From NCBI GenBank assembly GCA_002269645.1, contig NIVC01000493.1, forward strand, positions 186,001-250,000: 64,000 bases of DNA, read 5' to 3'. This document shows, in pieces, positions 60,348-64,000 of the stretch (the first letter of the stretch is position 1; every line of letters starts with the position of its first letter). The notes beneath the pieces are model-generated. The model searched no databases, was not told where the DNA came from, and saw nothing but the letters and a program-made list of their open reading frames with translations. This stretch comes from Macrostomum lignano (taxonomy: Eukaryota). The translations under genes and the position numbers were made by a program.

Positions 60348-63266
60348 ATGTCGGCATTAAGTCTGGAGCCATGCCCGGGTGCATACTGCGCTCGCCTGAA
60401 CTCCAGCAATGGCTGGTCCAGTTGCGGTCCCTGTCCGGCTGGACACCGCTCTGACCAAGGCTTCTGCCGGCCATGCGATCAGCCCGCCTCGGCCTATATG
60501 TGGCTATACCTGGGCTTCATGGCCCTCATACCCGTGCTGTGCAACATGATCTTCCTCAGTAGGTCTCGCGGTCACAAGCGACTGCTTCTCCTAGCCGGCC
60601 TGTGCGCTCTGGAGTCCGTACTCGCCGCCCTGGCCTCCGTGTTGGTGTTCCCGCCGCGCGGTTCACCTTATCTCACCGTCTGCGGCGTCAACAACCTGTC
60701 AGACTGGTATCCCGTGTTCTTCAATCCCGACCAGGGGGCCGTCACCGACCGGCCAGCTTTCGAGGCCGCCTCCTGCGCTCACGAGGTCGTCTATCCGCTG
60801 TGAGTAGCTGGCTACTAATACCCCCATCTGCTCTTTCTCTACCCCCGATCTGCTCTTTCTCTACCCCCATCTGCTCTTTCTCTACCCCCATCTGCTCTTT
60901 CTCTACCCCCATCTGCTCTTTCTCTACCCCCGATCTGCTCTTTCTCTACCCCCATCTGCTCTTTCTCTACCCCCGATCTGCTCTTTCTCTACCTCCGATC
61001 TGCTCTTTCTCTACCCCCGATCTGCTCTTTCTCTACCTCCGATCTGCTCTTTCTTAACCCCCGATCTGCTCTTTCTCTACTCCCGATCTGCTCTTTCTCT
61101 ACCTCCGATCTGCTCTTTCTCTACCCCTGACCTGCTCTTTCTCTACCCCCGATCTGCTCTTTCTCTACCTCCGATCTGCTCTTTCTCTACCCCTGACCTG
61201 CTCTTTCTCTACCCCCGATCTGCTCTTTCTCTACCTCCGATCTGCTCTTTCTCTACCCCCGATCTGCTCTTTCTTAACCCCCGATCTGCTCTTTCTCTAC
61301 CCCCGATCTGCTCTTTCTTAACCCCCGATCTGCTCTTTCTCTACCTCCGATCTGCTCTTTCTCTACCCCTGACCTGCTCTTTCTCTACCCCCGATCTGCT
61401 CTTTCTCTACCTCCGATCTGCTCTTTCTCTACCCCTGACCTGCTCTTTCTCTACCCCCGATCTGCTCTTTCTCTACCCCTGACCTGCTCTTTCTCTACCC
61501 CCGATCTGCTCTTTCTCTACCCCCGATCTGCTCTTTCTCTACCTCCGATCTGCTCTTTCTCTACCCCGATCTGCTCTTTCTCTACCCCCGATCTGCTCTT
61601 TCTCTACCCCCGATCTGCTCTTTCTCTACCCCCGATCTGCTCTTTCTCTACCCCTGATCTGCTCTTTCTCTACCCCGATCTGCTCTTTCTCTACCCCCGA
61701 TCTGCTCTTTCTCTACCCCCGATCTGCTCTTTCTCTACCCCCGATCTGCTCTTTCTCTACCCCCGATCTGCTCTTTCTCTACCCCGATCTGCTCTTTCTC
61801 TACCCCCGATCTGCTCTTTCTCTACCCCCGATCTGCTCTTTCTCTACCCCTGATCTGCTCTTTCTCTACCCCGATCTGCTCTTTCTCTACCCCCGATCTG
61901 CTCTTTCTCTACCTCCGATCTGCTCTTTCTCTACCCCCGATCTGCTCTTTCTTAACCCCCGATCTGCTCTTTCTCTACCCCTGATCTGCTCTTTCTCTAC
62001 CCCCGATCTGCTCTTTCTCTACCCCCGATCTGCTCTTTCTCTACCCCCGATCTGCTCTTTCTCTACCCCCGATCTGCTCTTTCTCTACCCCGATCTGCTC
62101 TTTCTCTACCCCCGATCTGCTCTTTCTCTACCCCTGACCTGCTCTTTCTCTACCCCCGATCTGCTCTTTCTCTACCCCCGATCTGCTCTTTCTCTACCTC
62201 CGATCTGCTCTTTCTCTACCCCTGACCTGCTCTTTCTCTACCCCCGATCTGCTCTTTCTCTACCTCCGATCTGCTCTTTCTCTACCCCTGACCTGCTCTT
62301 TCTCTACCCCGATCTGCTCTTTCTCTACCCCTGACCTGCTCTTTCTCTACCCCCGATCTGCTCTTTCTCTACCCCCGATCTGCTCTTTCTCTACCTCCGA
62401 TCTGCTCTTTCTCTACCCCGATCTGCTCTTTCTCTACCCCCGATCTGCTCTTTCTCTACCCCCGATCTGCTCTTTCTCTACCCCCGATCTGCTCTTTCTC
62501 TACCCCTGATCTGCTCTTTCTCTACCCCGATCTGCTCTTTCTCTACCCCCGATCTGCTCTTTCTCTACCCCCGATCTGCTCTTTCTCTACCCCCGATCTG
62601 CTCTTTCTCTACCCCTGACCTGCTCTTCTACCCCTGATCTGCTTTTCTCCCTACGCCTAATACACTATAACAAATCAGTTTTTCGTGTCTGTCCGTCACT
62701 CTGATTTGCCTGTGAAATTTTACCTGCCGATAAATTTCAGCTACTCCATAGTGCTCACATACTATGCCTTCTGTGTCCTGTTCCTGCTGCTGATGCGGCC
62801 CGTGGCCTACCGCCTACTGGGTGGCAGTCGCAGATACGTCCTGTACGCGCCAATGTTCCTTTACCCTCTGCTGGCCCTGCTGCACTCAATCTCTGGCGGC
62901 CTGCTGTACTTCGCCTTCCCCTATCTGCTGTTGCTGTGCACTCTGCTATCCCACGCCGTGTTCCTGCTGTGCCAAATTGATCCCGAACAGCCTGCGGCGC
63001 AGACCTCGGCTAAATGGATGCTCCGCAATACGCTATTGAAACCGCTAACAGTGCTGCTGCTGCTGGTGCACTGGCTTTTCCTAGGCGTGGCCGTGTTCTC
63101 CATTGTAGCGGCTAAGCCGGCAGACGAGGCTAGCGGTGCGCGCTGGGTGGTGGCCGCTGTGCCGCTGCCCTACCTGCTGTTCGTGGCCACCCTGCGGTTC
63201 AGCCACCCGGATGCCGCCTATATGGCAGGGGATTACGAGGAGAATGCCGAACTGAGGGGCGGCTGA
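60348..63266 (+). CDS. JKAMP: JNK1/MAPK8-associated membrane protein, 325 aa; exons 60348-60799, 62741-63266
   Basis: CPGAYC..CGPCP.G.R, WLYLGFMAL.P, LSDWY..FNP, C.HE.VYPL|YSIV..YYAFC and GGLLYFAFPY match remembered JKAMP motifs. The phase-2 GT-AG intron gives 978 nt. Confidence 0.93.
60822..62650 (+). repeat. 22-23-bp pyrimidine-rich minisatellite (ATCTGCTCTTTCTCTACCCCCG)n, ~80 copies
   Basis: Makes up about 95% of the JKAMP intron. Confidence 0.97.
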
Positions 63267-63329
63267 ACTGGCTGTTTGTACTTTGTTTACCTGTTCGTTT
63301 AATGTGATGAGAATGCCGGTCTGTGCTCG

Positions 63330-63680
63330 ACTCTGGTGATGGTGATGGTGATCTGCTCTTAGTGATGATGATGCTGATGGTGATGATGATGCTGATGATG
63401 ATGGTGATGCTGATGATGATGGTGATGATGCTGATGATGATGGTGATGATGATGGTGATGGTGATGATGGTGATGGGGATGATGATGATGGTGATGATGG
63501 TGATGATGGTGATGATGATGGTGATGGTGATGACGATGATGATGATGATGATGATGCTGGTGATGATGATGATGATGATGATGATAAGAATGCCGGTCTG
63601 TATTCGAATCTGATGATGATGGTGATGATGATTATGATGACGGTGATGATGATGGTGGTGGTGGTGATGATGATGATGAG
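63330..63680 (+). repeat. Compound (GAT/GGT)n trinucleotide microsatellite
   Basis: Direct reading. Confidence 0.95.
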
Positions 63681-64000
63681 AAGGCTTGTCTGTACTCAAA
63701 AAAGCTATTTTATTATTTCCTCTAAGCATAGTATTTTGTTAATATCTCTCCAATCTCAATATTAAAGTGCAGAGAAATATTTAAGTAAAATTAGCTTTAT
63801 ATTGTCTTTTAATGTTAACTTTGATTTTATTAGCTGAATTTAATATGAAAGCTTTATAGACAGTTTTCTCGTATCAATTTTCTGTGAGTGTTTCAATGCT
63901 TGTTGTCTTAACTGCTTTCCCTACTGTCCTTGTATTGACTTGTAACACTGCGGACATGTCTGTCTTGTACATGTAAATTGTAAAATAAAAGGCTTTCATT

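Noticed and set aside
63199-63729. Poly-His/Ile and poly-Met ORFs
   Set aside because: Artefact of the (GAT)n microsatellite.

Overview
Eukaryotic, intron-rich metazoan DNA. GC-rich exons, minisatellite-filled introns and frequent TACATGTA suggest a Macrostomum-like flatworm, but that is inference only. I found no CRISPR array, rRNA or intact tRNA. Five spliced genes could be rebuilt by hand with consistent GT-AG splice phases: a GPR180/TMEM145-family membrane protein (minus, 6387-11238), a klarsicht/nesprin-like KASH tail-anchored protein (plus, ~18619-24197), a PRRC2/BAT2-like protein with His/Gln repeat domains (minus, 25279-36661), a MUC4-like membrane mucin with EGF, NIDO, AMOP and VWD domains (plus, 45536-55256), and JKAMP (plus, 60348-63266). 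Mobile DNA comprises a mariner relic, a decayed piggyBac transposase next to a tyrosine-recombinase fragment, a MULE fragment, an internally deleted Ty3/gypsy element with an intact 4-bp TSD, an RTE-like LINE fragment and two foldback palindromes. The most unusual signal is three sharply bounded AT-rich blocks (~11.4-14.8, ~35.6-39.1, ~58.0-60.3 kb) that are almost free of CpG. Alignable sequence inside them shows CG->CA/TG->TA changes, which resembles a RIP-like two-step hypermutation. All counts and alignments were done by eye; no database searches were run.
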